A DNA stretch of 63,967 bases, filler included, from Octopus bimaculoides (GCF_001194135.2; 7 parts of 7 records of this genome joined end to end with filler, not necessarily neighbours in it), one strand, 5' to 3'; counted from the whole stretch's first letter, positions 37,541-51,974 are shown. The notes: a model not told the origin generated them from the letters alone. Program-made: numbers and translations.

Positions 37541-39118
37541 AGTCAACCATGGCAACATGTTTTTATGGTTGTATCTTTTATAATCCTTTTTAATGACGTT
37601 GCAATAATTAGAGGAGAAAGCAGATTTTTTTACTGGTATTTATTGTTCAGTAGGAATTCAACAGAAAATTAGCTGCGTGTACGTACATACATACATACAT
37701 ACATACATGCATGCATACATACATACATACATACATACATACATCATACATACATACATACATACATACATACATACATACATACATACATGCATATATA
37801 CATACATACATACATACATACAAATAGATACATACATGCATATATACATACATATATATANNNNNNNNNNNNNNNNNNNNNNNNNNNNNNNNNNNNNNNN
37901 NNNNNNNNNNNNNNNNNNNNNNNNNNNNNNNNNNNNNNNNNNNNNNNNNNNNNNNNNNNNNNNNNNNNNNNNNNNNNNNNNNNNNNNNNNNNNNNNNNNN
38001 NNNNNNNNNNNNNNNNNNNNNNNNNNNNNNNNNNNNNNNNNNNNNNNNNNNNNNNNNNNNNNNNNTACATATTTTCATGCATGCATACATACACACATAT
38101 ATGTGTGTATATATATATTTACATATATACATATATACGTACATACATAAATTACATATATGTATGAATATATATATTTACATATGTATGTGTATATATA
38201 TACATATATATACACACACATATATATATGTACATATATATATACAATATATGTATATTTATATATATATATGTAATATATATATACACATACATACATA
38301 TATATATGTATTTACATATACATGTAATATATATGTATATATATACACATACATATAAATATATACATATATATATATATATATATACGTATACATATAA
38401 ATAAATAAATAAATATATATATATATATATATATGTATACACACACACACACACACATATATGTATGTATTTAATTTCCCGCTAGTAACGGTATCCCTCT
38501 CACTTTCTTATTATTCTTATGTTCTTTCCTTTTTTTTATTTCTTTGTTTTATTGAAGTGGTTTCTCTTTCTTTCATTAAAAGACTTAGCTTGGAAAGATA
38601 CCATCAACGATAGCCTGTCTATTTGGAAGAATTGACCGCTATTTAGTGAAAAAAAAAGCAGCAAACAAAAACAACAACAACAACAACAACAGCACAAAAC
38701 TATAACAACAAACACGCACATACACCAACAAAAAAAAAAAGCAAACGAAAAAATAAACGGAAAAAATTTCTTTGTTGAATGAAGAAAAATAGCCAATTAT
38801 AACAAACTATTTGTTTATGTATGAAAGATAACTTCTAATATATGTTTTGTTTGCAAAAATGTACAACAGGCATTGTCGCCATCCGTTATGAATAAGATGA
38901 GAAATTAATTTGTGCTATTTTATAGTGGCCCTGGCAGATAAGAAAGAAAATGGCTGCAATCGATATATTTGTTAAATGAACCTGACTGAACTGATACAAT
39001 TTTAGCCGTTGATATAGCTGACATTGTTCCCATAATTCATATAATGTGAGAGTTGTTATTATCTGAGAATGAAGAGATTACTAATTCGGCTGTGTTCTCA
39101 ATGAAGAAGTTAGCCAGT

Positions 39119-39815
39119 TATAACTGTATACATACGCACGTTTGACATAAAGCGAACATGAAAATAAGAGGAAAAACGAATAAGGACAAAAAAAAAAGAA
39201 AAGAAAATAAATAAAAGAAAATGATAAAAATTATAAAAGAAAAACATTAAACAGAAACATAGAACAATCTTAAAAATAAAACGAATCGAAACACAGCATT
39301 TAAAAAGCTATATATGTGTGTGTGTGTATGTGTGTTTGTGCGTTCAATTACATACACATATACATGTATATATAAAAATGTACATACACAAATATATGTA
39401 TATATGCATACATTATATTATANNNNNNNNNNNNNNNNNNNNNNNNNNNNNNNNNNNNNNNNNNNNNNNNNNNNNNNNNNNNNNNNNNNNNNNNNNNNNN
39501 NNNNNNNNNNNNNNNNNNNNNNNNNNTATAACTGTATACATACGCACGTTTGACATAAAGCGAACATGAAAATAAGAGGAAAAACGAATAAGGACAAAAA
39601 AAAAAAGAAAAGAAAATAAATAAAAGAAAATGATAAAAATTATAAAAGAAAAACATTAAACAGAAACATAGAACAATCTTAAAAATAAAACGAATCGAAA
39701 CACAGCATTTAAAAAGCTATATATGTGTGTGTGTGTATGTGTGTTTGTGCGTTCAATTACATACACATATACATGTATATATAAAAATGTACATACACAA
39801 ATATATGTATATATA
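39119..39815. other. ~290-bp identical duplication on both sides of an N gap; likely unmerged contig overlap
   Basis: 39119-~39406 matches 39527-~39815 across 39423-39526 N. Confidence 0.85.
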
Positions 39816-40424
39816 TATAAAACGCACGCCACCCCATTTTCTTTGACAGGTCGATAAAACGATATACAATTCTCAAATGTAAATACTTTCCTCCGCCCTA
39901 TCATTTACTTCTGGTAGCTTAAGAAACAGATTATTATAAGCTAGTAACGAATGCATTCTTGACACTATAAGAAAGAGATTAAACGATATTGCTTCGTACA
40001 AATTGGAAGTAAATAGACATTTCTCGAAATTTTCACTCATTTTTATTTATACATTTATTTCTATTGTTTATTCCATTTCTTTTTGAAGGGGAGTGAGATT
40101 CTGCAGAAGAAAGTAACACAAACTGTCTTAGAAATTGAAGACATATTCAAGTACCAAATTGTTATCTTGAAAAATGGATAATGTAGTTGTGGTTACTGTT
40201 GTTGATCCTCAAAACAGAATTGAAATTAAAGGCGTCCTCGTGAAGATCCCTTATTATTTGTTCCTTCCTTCCTTCCTTCCTTCCTTCCTTCCTTTCTATT
40301 TATCTATTTATATATCTCAATATTTTCCACACACACACATACACATACTCACCCCCACTCTCTCTCTCTCACACGCATGCACACATACACACGCATACAC
40401 ACACAAACTCATACACACAGATGC

Positions 40425-40584
40425 AAGCGTAGCTATGTGGTAGAAAGTTTGCTTCCCAACCACTGGGTTTCGAGTTCAGTTCTACTGCGCGGTACCTTGG
40501 ACAAGTGTCTTCTGCTGTAGCCCCGCGCCGACCAATACATTGTAAGCTGATTCGGCTGACGGAAACTGAAAGACATCCGTCATG

Positions 40585-40615
<31 letters not shown>

Positions 40616-40770
40616 CTTTGTCCCCTGCCACCACCTAACAGAGTGTTGGTTCGTTTGCGTCCCCGTAAATTAGCGGATTGCTAAAAGAGACCTGTAGAGT
40701 AAGTACCAGATTTCAAACAAAATTCTTCAGCATGGCTGCAGTCCAATGACTGAAACAAGTAAGAGATAAA
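40425..40770 (+). mobile_element. SINE family A, full length
   Basis: gctatgtggtagaaagtttgcttcccaacc...gcatggctgcagtccaatgactgaaacaagtaa. Confidence 0.88.
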
Positions 40771-41640
40771 AGCAAGATGACATATGTAATAATAATAATA
40801 ATAATAATAANNNNNNNNNNATATATATATATATATATATATATATGAATGAATAGACAAACGAAGGAAGGGCACTCAATACATTTATTGTATAGTAAGA
40901 TAAGCTCAAGACTCTGGTAGTTGTTGTTGTTGTTCTACCTCAGTATTTGACTGGTACTAATTTTATCGACCTTGAAAGGAAAAGTTAACCGCTGTAAGAT
41001 TTGAACTCAAACTGCAAAGATCTGCAGCAAATATCACATGATAATTTGTCCGACGCACTAACGATTCTGTTAATCCTGCTTATATGTTTAGCTTGTAATG
41101 GAGATAGTTGCAGTGGTTGTTGTTGTCTACCCCCGCATAGCCATGATCTAGCAAAGCTATATAAAAAAAATGCGTTCCAGCCACGATATTCCCATCGATT
41201 ATTTTCCCCATACCTAATATATCTAGGAATACATTATCAATTATACCATTTCGATCTTAAAGCGGTAGAATATAATTTCAAGGAGATTTGGTCGTTATTT
41301 CTAGCAATTTGAGTGATCACATAGCGGTTCCCCCCTTAGCCTCGTTGTATGGCAAGATGTTTCTAATTCTGGCCTGTACAACAATATACCCCAATGGAAA
41401 CAATCAGAGAGCAGATCTCAAACAAAATGGCGTCGTATTGTTTTCTCCCTCGGTGATCCAAAATGGAGTTTAAAAATAATCTCCCAAGTTGTTTTCTGAC
41501 GGCAGAATTGTCTACAAAGGTTAGTTTCCAATATATTGCTTTAAAATAAGCGTATTCTCTGGAAAGAAACCATTGATCTTTTTTTTATATATTTTCATCA
41601 TCATCATCATAAATATATATATATATAATTTTATACATTT

Positions 41641-41699
<59 letters not shown>

Positions 41700-41934
41700 T
41701 ATGTAGTTCTTAATACATCGGTTTCATACTACATGTCCTTCGCAACATAGAAAAATCAAATAATTCTCGCTATACCAAAATTTAGAATAACGTTTTATAA
41801 ATTACTCAGGAATCAATTCTTGTCTGGCCTGCAGGACAACACACAAATGAAAGGATGCCTGAGTACAAGATGGTACAAAGCAACATAGACAGTACAGCTC
41901 TGAAAATGCCAGTCGTATCTCCATTTCTCTCTCC

Positions 41935-41965
<31 letters not shown>

Positions 41966-42637
41966 CCTCTCTCTGGTGCTCTTCCTCTCTCATTCTCTGC
42001 CTGTTTCTCGCCTCCTTCCTCTCTTGTTCTCTATATTGGATATAATTATATTCCACTTAGAAGACAAAATGTCAGTTATAAAGGATCACATAGAATTTCC
42101 CCTTCAAGGAGAAATACTACTCATTCGTCAGTTACATTACGAGTTCTATTTCAGAATACAGATTTAAAACTCACAAGTGGAATCTTTAAAATGAAAATAT
42201 TTCTCGACAGAAATGACAGAATGATGGAAGACTGTGGATTCCTCACAGCAGAAACTGAGAAACCTTGTACTTTCGTATGAGAACATTTTCCAACCTTTGT
42301 GAGTGCAAGCGCCGTGATGTAATAGCATGATCGAGATCATGCTATCATTCCTTCCTTCCTTCGTAAATCTATCTATCCATCTGTCTGTCTGTCTGTCTGT
42401 CTGTTTATCTGCTTGTCTGTCTGTCTGTCTTTCTATCTTTCTTTTTTTGCCTGCTTGTTTGCTTTATTTTTTCGTAATTTTTTTTTCTCTTCCTTTCCTT
42501 TTATGAATGCTCAATTCCTATTAGAGTCGTAGGAGCAACGCAGCTACGCGTGCCGTGTCAGGAGCATGCCACATCTGGAACATTCTAAACCCAGTAGAGC
42601 CTACCCCTTCTTAGGTCTGAATAAAATCTATTTCTTT

Positions 42638-42739
<102 letters not shown>

Positions 42740-43269
42740 AACAGCCAACCCTAGTATTGCAGTGGTACTTTGTTAATCTTGGGAGAATGAATATCACATC
42801 TAGCCTCGGCAGAATTTGATCTCGGAGTATTGACAGTCAGAACGAATACGACAAGACATTGTACCCGGTATTTTAACAATTTTACCAAATTATTACCTTG
42901 TCTCAATAGGAGCAGATATTTCTTCAATTGCACATCGTTAGATTCATTACTCTAGTGTAACCTTGGCTAGGGAGAATCAAAGAGGTCTAAACACCGGATG
43001 TCCCAAAGTCATTTTACACTTATGTATCGAATAGGCTATGAACACACATTCGTCTCAAAGGAGAAGTTATTCCCCAACGACCAAATGCAACGACAGCGAT
43101 TAGCATATCCACATTCGAATCAACCGGAACAAATTAAAATTCATTTTTTGGGTAGTGGTATTAAATTTAATGTTTATTTTAATTTCCTTTGATAAAATAT
43201 TAGGGATTCTTAAAATTATTATCTAGAATATGCAAGTCAACGTTCTGAGTCTTGCTATTTATCGTGCAG

Positions 43270-43700
43270 CAGGCGTGGCTGTGTGGTAAGAAGATTGCTT
43301 CTCAACCACATGGTTCCGGGTTCAGTCCCACTGCGGAGCACCTTGTGCTAGTGTCTACTACTATAGCTATATGTGTATATATATGTATATATATATATAT
43401 ATGTGTGTGTGTATAAATATATTTTTTTATATGTGTGTATATATATATGTGTGTGTGTGTGTATACATATACATGTACGTCTTTGTGTTTGTCCCCACCA
43501 CCGCATGGGTTGTTTACATCCCCATAACTTAGCTGTTCTGCAAAAAAAAAAAAAGAAGGTAGAATAAATAACAGAGAGTTTTTAAAAAATGAAACAAAAG
43601 ACAAAAAGCAAAACGAACCGAAGCGAAATAAGTAGTCGGGGCAGTTTGATCGAAGAAAGACCCTTTAAGGCGGTGCTCCAGTATGGACTGAAACAAGCCA
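43270..43700 (+). mobile_element. SINE family A, with internal deletion and microsatellite
   Basis: ggcgtggctgtgtggtaagaag...gggttcagtccc...ggcggtgctccagtatgg. Confidence 0.85.
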
Positions 43701-45010
43701 GGGAACCAAATGGTGAAAGAAGTGCATTATGTCGACGTGCGTACACCAGAAACTGAAAAACCATGAGGGAACGTCATGGTTGTAATGTCGTTCATCATTG
43801 CTCTGTTTCAAGAATGCAGCTCATGTGGAGGGGGTGGGGTGAAGCGGAAGCGAGGTCGGCAGCGGCGGCGACGTTGTGTTAAGTACCAATCGATGTTTCT
43901 AGTGACTACGATGGAATGTTAGAAAAAAGTTTCATGATTCAATAAATCTCCGTGTTTTTTTTTGTTTTTTTTTTTTGTCTGAAATTCAAGGACCTGTTTA
44001 ATCCATGCCAATACGAAGGAATGTCAAAACTTGGGATTTCCAGTTCTGAGATCACAGTTCTCAAATCTCAAATGAGATCACGAGGTTTCGAGACTTTGCT
44101 GTAGAAGTTGACATCATGATTATTACCACCCCGTCCCCCCTCCTCCCCACACACAAACACACAAAAAGAAAAATATTCACCATCGCCAACGTCAACATTA
44201 ACAATGTAAAACACACACAAAGAAAAAAAAAACCACACAAAAGAAATCAAAAAACAATAACCAACAGCAACAAATAGCAAATGAGGGAGAAAAATCCTTG
44301 GAAAACCCCAAAGAAAATAAAAACAGAAAAACTCTAAAACAATATGTACTGAAGGGGCAAGGTTTGCACTTTCTATTATTGCATTATTGATCCGTAATTA
44401 TCAATATTGAAATGCATAGTAACTTTGCTGAGCCATGCAAAGGCTGCAATATTATTAAAAGACAAACAGTGAAAATTAAATCATTGGTGACTCAGTAAAA
44501 AAACAGTATTTTTTTTTTCATTTCCATTTTCGAGTTTTGTAGTACGCAGTACACACATACACACGCATATATATATATTTATACATACATACACACACAC
44601 AGACATATATATGTGAATGTGTCTATGTATGAACGTGGGTGTATGGTATCTATGTGTGTGTATGTATTATATTTGTAGCTTATTGTGTTATGTTTCTATG
44701 TTTCTGGAGTGGAACAAAACGCGAGAAGTTTTTACGTCGACTTTATCAAGATTCGATCGTTTTCTAATCTCATCAGGAAAAATTAATTTCTTAAGATGGT
44801 TGACATGCATTTGCATTGCGCTATGAAAACAAAAACAACAACAAGAGCTGCAGCAAGACAAAAAACAAACACAAAATGAAAACCGTGTTTATACTTCGAT
44901 GCATGTATTCCATGTATGCATGTATATTATATGGACGTATGTATATTATATATATGCTTATGTATGTATGTACACGTATCTATGTATGTATATCTATCTA
45001 TCTATCTACT

Positions 45011-45054
<44 letters not shown>

Positions 45055-45395
45055 TATATATATATATATATATATATATANNNNNNNNNNNNNNNNNNNN
45101 NNNNNNNNNNNNNNNNNNNNNNNNNNNNNNNNNNNNNNNNNNNNNNNNNNNNNNNNNNNNNNNNNNNNNNNNNNNNNNNNNNNNNNNNNNTATATATGTA
45201 TATATATGTATATATGCATGTATGTATATGTATGAAGATGCAGTGGGAGAAAGGCAGAGAGGAGGAAAAAGAGGAGAGATGGTGCTGGGTGTTTTCGAAC
45301 AAGACTTAATAAAGCACGTAGTACATGAGGGATGTGGTACATTGTGTGTATGTGTGAGTGTATATGAGTCCACAAGAATTCAATGAATAGAATGC

Positions 45396-45430
<35 letters not shown>

Positions 45431-45668
45431 CAGACACACTTACACACGTTATCTATCTCTCAAGATATATATATGTCTATATATATATATGTATATAGAT
45501 GAATGTATATTTTTTGTTTATTTATATATATTTATGCATATATATACGTATAGGTTGTTTGGAGATGTACCACATCCACTATGACATCGTATGTCATTAT
45601 AAACGCACACACACATATATGTATATATATATGTATATATATGTATGTATATATTTCTATATATATAT

Positions 45669-45711
<43 letters not shown>

Positions 45712-46457
45712 NNNNNNNNNNNNNNNNNNNNNNNNNNNNNNNNNNNNNNNNNNNNNNNNNNNNNNNNNNNNNNNNNNNNNNNNNNNNNNNNNNNNNNNNN
45801 NNNNNNNNNNNNNNNNNNNNNNNNNNNNNNNNNNNNNNNNNNNNNNNNNNNNNNNNNNNNNNNNNNNNNNNNNNNNNNNNNNNNNNNNNNNNNNNNNNNN
45901 NNNNNNNNNNNNNNNNNNNNNNNNNNNNNNNNNNNNNNNNNNNNNNNNNNNNNNNNNNNNNNNNNNNNNNNNNNNNNNNNNNNNNNNNNNNNNNNNNNNN
46001 NNNNNNNNNNNNNNNNNNNNNNNNNNNNNNNNNNNNNNNNNNNNNNNNNNNNNNNNNNNNNNNNNNNNNNNNNNNNNNNNNNNNNNNNNNNNNNNNNNNN
46101 NNNNNNNNNNNNNNNNNNNNNNNNNNNNNNNNNNNNNNNNNNNNNNNNNNNNNNNNNNNNNNNNNNNNNNNNNNNNNNNNNNNNNNNNNNNNNNNNNNNN
46201 NNNNNNNNNNNNNNNNNNNNNNNNNNNNNNNNNNNNNNNNNNNNNNNNNNNNNNNNNNNNNNNNNNNNNNNNNNNNNNNNNNNNNNNNNNNNNNNNNNNN
46301 NNNNNNNNNNNNNNNNNNNNNNNNNNNNNNNNNNNNNNNNNNNNNNNNNNNNNNNNNNNNNNNNNNNNNNNNNNNNNNNNNTATATATATGAGTGTAAGT
46401 GTGTGTTTGCTTGTATTTACATATGTATAGATATGCTTCTATTTGTATACACGTATC

Positions 46458-46492
<35 letters not shown>

Positions 46493-46516
46493 CTATCTAT
46501 CATTCTATGCATGTAC

Positions 46517-46549
<33 letters not shown>

Positions 46550-46888
46550 CATATTTAATAACAAATTTTGATTGGATTTTATGGTAAATAAACAGTTATC
46601 TTGATCATTATCTCCTTCTGGATTCACACACACAAACGCACATACACACACGCATAAAGTTTCCCAAATGCACACACTTATATATTTCCAGCTGCATACA
46701 TACACACACACACACACACACCCGGGCTATGTTTAATGTTTTTCATTGGCAACCTCGAGCATTCAATCAGGATATGCTGTGAAGAATATTCAATTCACTT
46801 GATTCTTCATTAAAACTTATTTTTAATTTCTAAAATATCAGACACACTCTCTTCATACATACGTATATATGTATATGCATATATGCAG

Positions 46889-46937
<49 letters not shown>

Positions 46938-46984
46938 CATTCACACACATACACACGCACCTACACACACTTGTATATGTAAGT

Positions 46985-47360
46985 AGCATTCCGTCGGTTA
47001 CGACGTCGAGGTTTCCAGTTGATCTGATCAACAGAACAGCCTGCTCATGAAAAGGTGCAAGTGGTTGAGTACACCACAGATACGCTTCCCCGTAAAGTAG
47101 TTCTCAGGGATCTTCAGCATGACAGGATGTGACAAGGCTGACCCTTTGAATTACAGGCATAACAGAAACAGGAAGAAAGAGTGAGAGAAAGTTGTGGTGG
47201 AAGAGTACAGCAGGGTTCGCCACCATCCCCTGCCGGAGCCTCGTGAGCTTTACGTGTTTTCGCTCAATAAACACTCACAACGCTCGGTCTGGGAATCGAA
47301 ACCGCGATCCTATGACCGCGAGTCTGCTGCCCTAACCACTGGGCCATTGCGCCTCCACTC
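46985..47360 (-). mobile_element. SINE family D, full length
   Basis: Minus head gtggaggcgcaatggcccagtggttagggcag...ggtttcgattccc; colinear with 57465-57845. Confidence 0.9.
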
Positions 47361-48548
47361 ATGTTCAATAAATATCATAGACAATCCACAAAGTCTGGTA
47401 CACGTTCCTGGTACAATGTAATATTTTACAAGAACTTTTGCAGGTACAATGTATTACCATTTTATTTCTTGAGATTTTCAGTTAACTTAGATTGTTTAAT
47501 TCTTGTTCAACATCTTAACCAAAGTAAGTAGATGACTCATCTAGGTACTTTGATCTTAAGATGGGGCCCCCCTCAACCGCGGAGGCCACGTGCCATTGCA
47601 GGAGTTGCAGGGCCTAGCGACGGCTCTGATTGTACCTGTATAGCACTTCGGAAATTGGGTAAAGCTCCGTGAGTGTTAGTCTGAATGACCGTTTTTTTTT
47701 TTTTAAATTTCTGTAGAAGGAATAAAATATCCGGGGTCGAATTTATGGACGACAACCGAGGACGACAATTTGTGAAACGGTGAGAGAAGGGTTATCATGA
47801 ATATGGTTGATAAGGAGAGGTAACAAAGGATCAAAACTGANNNNNNNNNNNNNNNNNNNNNNNNNNNNNNNNNNNNNNNNNNNNNNNNNNNNNNNNNNNN
47901 NNNNNNNNNNNNNNNNNNNNNNNNNNNNNNNNNNNNNNNNNNNNNNNNNNNNNNNNNNNNNNNNNNNNNNNNNNNNNNNNNNNNNNNNNNNNNNNNNNNN
48001 NNNNNNNNNNNNNNNNNNNNNNNNNNNNNNNNNNNNNNNNNNNNNNNNNNNNNNNNNNNNNNNNNNNNNNNNNNNNNNNNNNNNNNNNNNNNNNNNNNNN
48101 NNNNNNNNNNNNNNNNNNNNNNNNNNNNNNNNNNNNNNNNNNNNNNNNNNNNNNNNNNNNNNNNNNNNNNNNNNNNNNNNNNNNNNNNNNNNNNNNNNNN
48201 NNNNNNNNNNNNNNNNNNNNNNNNNNNNNNNNNNNNNNNNNNNNNNNNNNNNNNNNNNNNNNNNNNNNNNNNNNNNNNNNNNNNNNNNNNNNNNNNNNNN
48301 NNNNNNNNNNNNNNNNNNNNNNNNNNNNNNNNNNNNNNNNNNNNNNNNNNNNNNNNNNNNNNNNNNNNNNNNNNNNNNNNNNNNNNNNNNNNNNNNNNNN
48401 NNNNNNNNNNNNNNNNNNNNNNNNNNNNNNNNNNNNNNNNNNNNNNNNNNNNNNNNNNNNNNNNNNNNNNNNNNNNNNNNNNNNNNNNNNNNNNNNNNNN
48501 NNNNNNNNNNNNNNNNNNNNNNNNNNNNNNNNNNNNNNNNNNNNNNNN

Positions 48549-48585
<37 letters not shown>

Positions 48586-48815
48586 TATATGTATATAATT
48601 GTGTATGTATGAATGCATGTATATAATGTCCTAGGTTAAAGGTTACTAGTTACACTAAGAGTGACATTTTAAAGTGAGGAAAGGCTTTGCATAGGACCAA
48701 TCCCAATCTCTAAGCGATTCATACACATTTATGCAAATATTAGAGTATGAACTATCCGGATATCCACCTCGCCTGTTTACTCCTGTATTTTTCCTGCTTC
48801 ATTATATTTATACTG

Positions 48816-49283
48816 GAAGGCGGCGAGCTGGCAGAATCGTTAGCACACCGGGCGAAATGCTTAGCGGTATTTCGTCTTTCCTTACCTTCTGAGTTCAAAT
48901 TCCACCGAGGTCGACTTTGCCTTTCACTCCTTCGGCGTCGATAAATTAAGTACCAGTTGCGTACTGGAGTAGATCTAATCAAATGGCCACCTCCCCTCAA
49001 AATTTCGGGCCTTGTGCCAAGAGTAGAAAAGATTATATTTATACTGAAAAGCGGCGAGCTGACAGAAACGTTAGCACGCCGGGCGAAATGCTTAGCGGCA
49101 TTTCGTCTGCCGCTACGTTCTGAGTTCAAATTCCGCCGAGGTCGACTTTGCCTTTCATCCTTTCGATGTCGATTAAATAAGTACCAGTTACGCACTGGAG
49201 TCGATATAATCGATTTAATCCGTTTGTTTGTCCTTGCTTGTCCCCTCTGTGTGTAGCCCCTTGTGGGCATAAAGAAAGAAGAA
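48816..49283 (+). mobile_element. Two adjacent SINE B copies; the first (48816-49031) has a 15-bp TSD
   Basis: attatatttatactg at 48801-48815 and 49032-49046; the two copies have different 3' tails. Confidence 0.88.
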
Positions 49284-49854
49284 ACATCGTTATGGAGCTC
49301 TTCCGAGTGGACTTTTCCGGCCTCTTGTATACTATTCGGTAACTGCACTGGTTCATCTGCTATTTGTAAACCTTGTGACATATCCGTCCTAGCGGAACTT
49401 GCGCTGTTCTTGGTATTCTGCGATCACGTTCTTGGATTACATCGCAATGATAGTCCTAATATGGAGCTGTCCATGACCGCTTACGTCGTAACCAAATAAG
49501 GTTCTTTCAGCTTTGTAATCGACAACGTAGAAAGCTGTTATTACAAGGGAGATAATAATTTCCTCATAATACTTCACGGAATTTTCAATTTTAAATTAAG
49601 GGATTATAAGGCAAAAAGAAAACAAAAAATGTTTACTTATTACGAAGTCCTTAAAATATCTAGCCAGTGATAACGAAAATATACATTCATACACACATAC
49701 ACATACACAGACAGACTCCACCCACATACATACATACATTTTCTCTTCTTTCTTGTTTTCTTATTTTATCATTCCATTATATGTAAACCCCCACACATTA
49801 TGTCTATCTTTGTATTGTTCCCACCGACCTCCAGCCTTGTGGTAGATAAATGAA

Positions 49855-49970
49855 ATCATCATCATCATCATCATCATCATCCTCATCCTCATCATCATCC
49901 TCATCATCATCATCATCATCCTCATCCTCATCATCATCATCATCATCATCATCATCACTATTATTATTAT
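49855..49970. repeat. (CAT/CCT)n microsatellite
   Basis: Direct reading. Confidence 0.95.
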
Positions 49971-49971
49971 T

Positions 49972-50845
49972 GAGCTCAAATTCCTCCGAGGTCGACTTTA
50001 CCTTTCATCCTTTCGAAGTCGATAAATTAAGTACCAGTTGCGTACTGGGGTCGATCTAATCGACTGGCACCCTCCCCCAAAATTTCCAGCCTTGTGCCTA
50101 TAATTGAAAGGATGGGGTCGATGTAATCGTCTAGTCCCAACTGAGTACCAGTGAAACACTGGGATCAATGTAATGGACTAGTCCCAACTGAGTACCAGTG
50201 AAACACTGGGGTCGATGTAATCGATTAGCCCTCTTTCCACAAATTNNNNNNNNNNCACTGGGATCAATGTAATGGACTAGTCCCAACTGAGTACCAGTGA
50301 AACACTGGGGTCGATGTAATCGATTAGCCCTCTTTCCACAAATTTCAGACATTGTGCCTTTAGTAGAAACGATTATTATTCGTTTTATTAAGGCAGCGAG
50401 CTCATAGAATCGTTCGCAACGCCAGCCAAAATGCTCAGCGATATTTCGTTCGTGTTTACGTTGAGCTCAAATTTCGCGGAGGTCGACTTCGCCTTTCATC
50501 CTTTCGGGCTCGATAAAATAAGTACCAGTGAAACACTGGAGATCGATGTAATCGATTAGCCCTCTTTCCACAAATTTCAGACATTGTGCCTTTAGTAGAA
50601 AGGATTATTATTCGTTTTATTAAGGCAGCGAGCGCATAGAATCGTTCGCAACGCCAGCCAAAATGCTTAGCGATATTTCGTTCGTGTTCACGTTGAGCTC
50701 AAATTTCGCTGACACCGACTTTGCCTTTCATCTTCTCAGGGTCGATAAAATAAATACCAGTTGATCACTGGGGGTCAAAGTAATCGACATAACCCACCTT
50801 CCCCAAACGTACTGGCCCTGCGCCAAAATTTGAAACCAATGTTGT
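49972..50845 (+). mobile_element. Tandem array of SINE B copies with local duplications (47-bp core repeats, 232-bp unit)
   Basis: aggcagcgag at 50391 and 50623 with shared diagnostic changes; 50157-50245 matches 50256-50344 across a 10-N gap. Confidence 0.85.
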
Positions 50846-51144
50846 TTTTTGGTATTTAGTATTTCTATATGTTGATGATGATCCTCAAAGACATGTAAAG
50901 TAAATGGAATGAAAACAATATTCTATTGACGCTTATTTTTGTTGTTGTTGGAAAGCAGTGGGATAAAATACGGAGATGAATCATCTGGGGGGATTTAAAT
51001 TCTGAATTGAGGTTCCGAACTAAATTACCATAAAAGCTTCCAGTTTGACTCTTTGTCGTTTTACATCAAAGAAACAACGGAACAACAATAATTTTACATA
51101 TGTTTATATCCATGTTCTCATGTGTCTATTTCGCGCGTATGCAT

Positions 51145-51229
<85 letters not shown>

Positions 51230-51359
51230 NNNNNNNNNNNNNNNNNNNNNNNNNNNNNNNNNNNNNNNNNNNNTTAATTAATTAANNNNNNNNNNNNNNN
51301 NNNNNNNNNNNNNNNNNNNNNNNNNNNNNACTGCCACCAAAACCACCACCACCACCAAA

Positions 51360-51480
51360 ACCACCAAATGAATGCCAAAGTCGACCTCGGAGGAATTTGA
51401 ACTCAGAACGTAAAGACGGGCGAAATACCGCTAAGAATTTCGCCCGGCGTGCTGACGACTCTGCTAGCACGCCACCTTAA
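51360..51480 (-). mobile_element. SINE B head
   Basis: ggcgtgctagcagagtcgtcagcacgccggg...gagttcaaattcc. Confidence 0.85.
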
Positions 51481-51489
51481 AAGTAATAA

Positions 51490-51960
51490 TAATAAAAGAT
51501 GGGCTACAGCAAATATTCTGCTCAATTCCACAGATTTGTTTGTCAGTTGTTTGACCTTAACCAGTTGAGCATGTCCCTTGGTGGCTGACAATATGTGCAT
51601 CTCTGATCATGAGCATCATAACTATGTATTCAGAGGAATTTTTTGGGGTCTGAATAATTCACCTTTCGAAACAAAACTCTTTCGTTCAACATCCATAAAC
51701 AACCCTTATTTAGGGACATTTTGATTGGAATGGGCGATTTGACCTGAAGAAAATCCTAACTGTGCCCCACGTGCAACGTCATGCGCAATTTAGCTTGATA
51801 TAAGATCACCATGTTGCACACGCATGTTTATGATCCCTGTGCCTGGTGTACCCTTATCAGATGGGTAGTCATGGTGGGTATACTAGGCTTGGCATATTTT
51901 ACGCCAGTGTCACTTTGATGGCATGCACTGCTCTCTCACTCAATAATAATAAGAATAATG
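51490..51960 (+). mobile_element. ~470-bp non-coding element bounded by (TAA)n on both sides; possible Dong/R4-mobilised non-autonomous element
   Basis: taataataataaaagatggg... and ...ctctcactcaataataataag; no ORF. Confidence 0.45.
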
Positions 51961-51974
51961 ATAATTATCCTATG

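Noticed and set aside
39119-39815. 290-bp perfect direct repeat
   Set aside because: Flanks a gap with no differences seen; most likely an unmerged contig overlap
48752-49381. 209-aa minus ORF
   Set aside because: Most of it is antisense read-through of two SINE B copies
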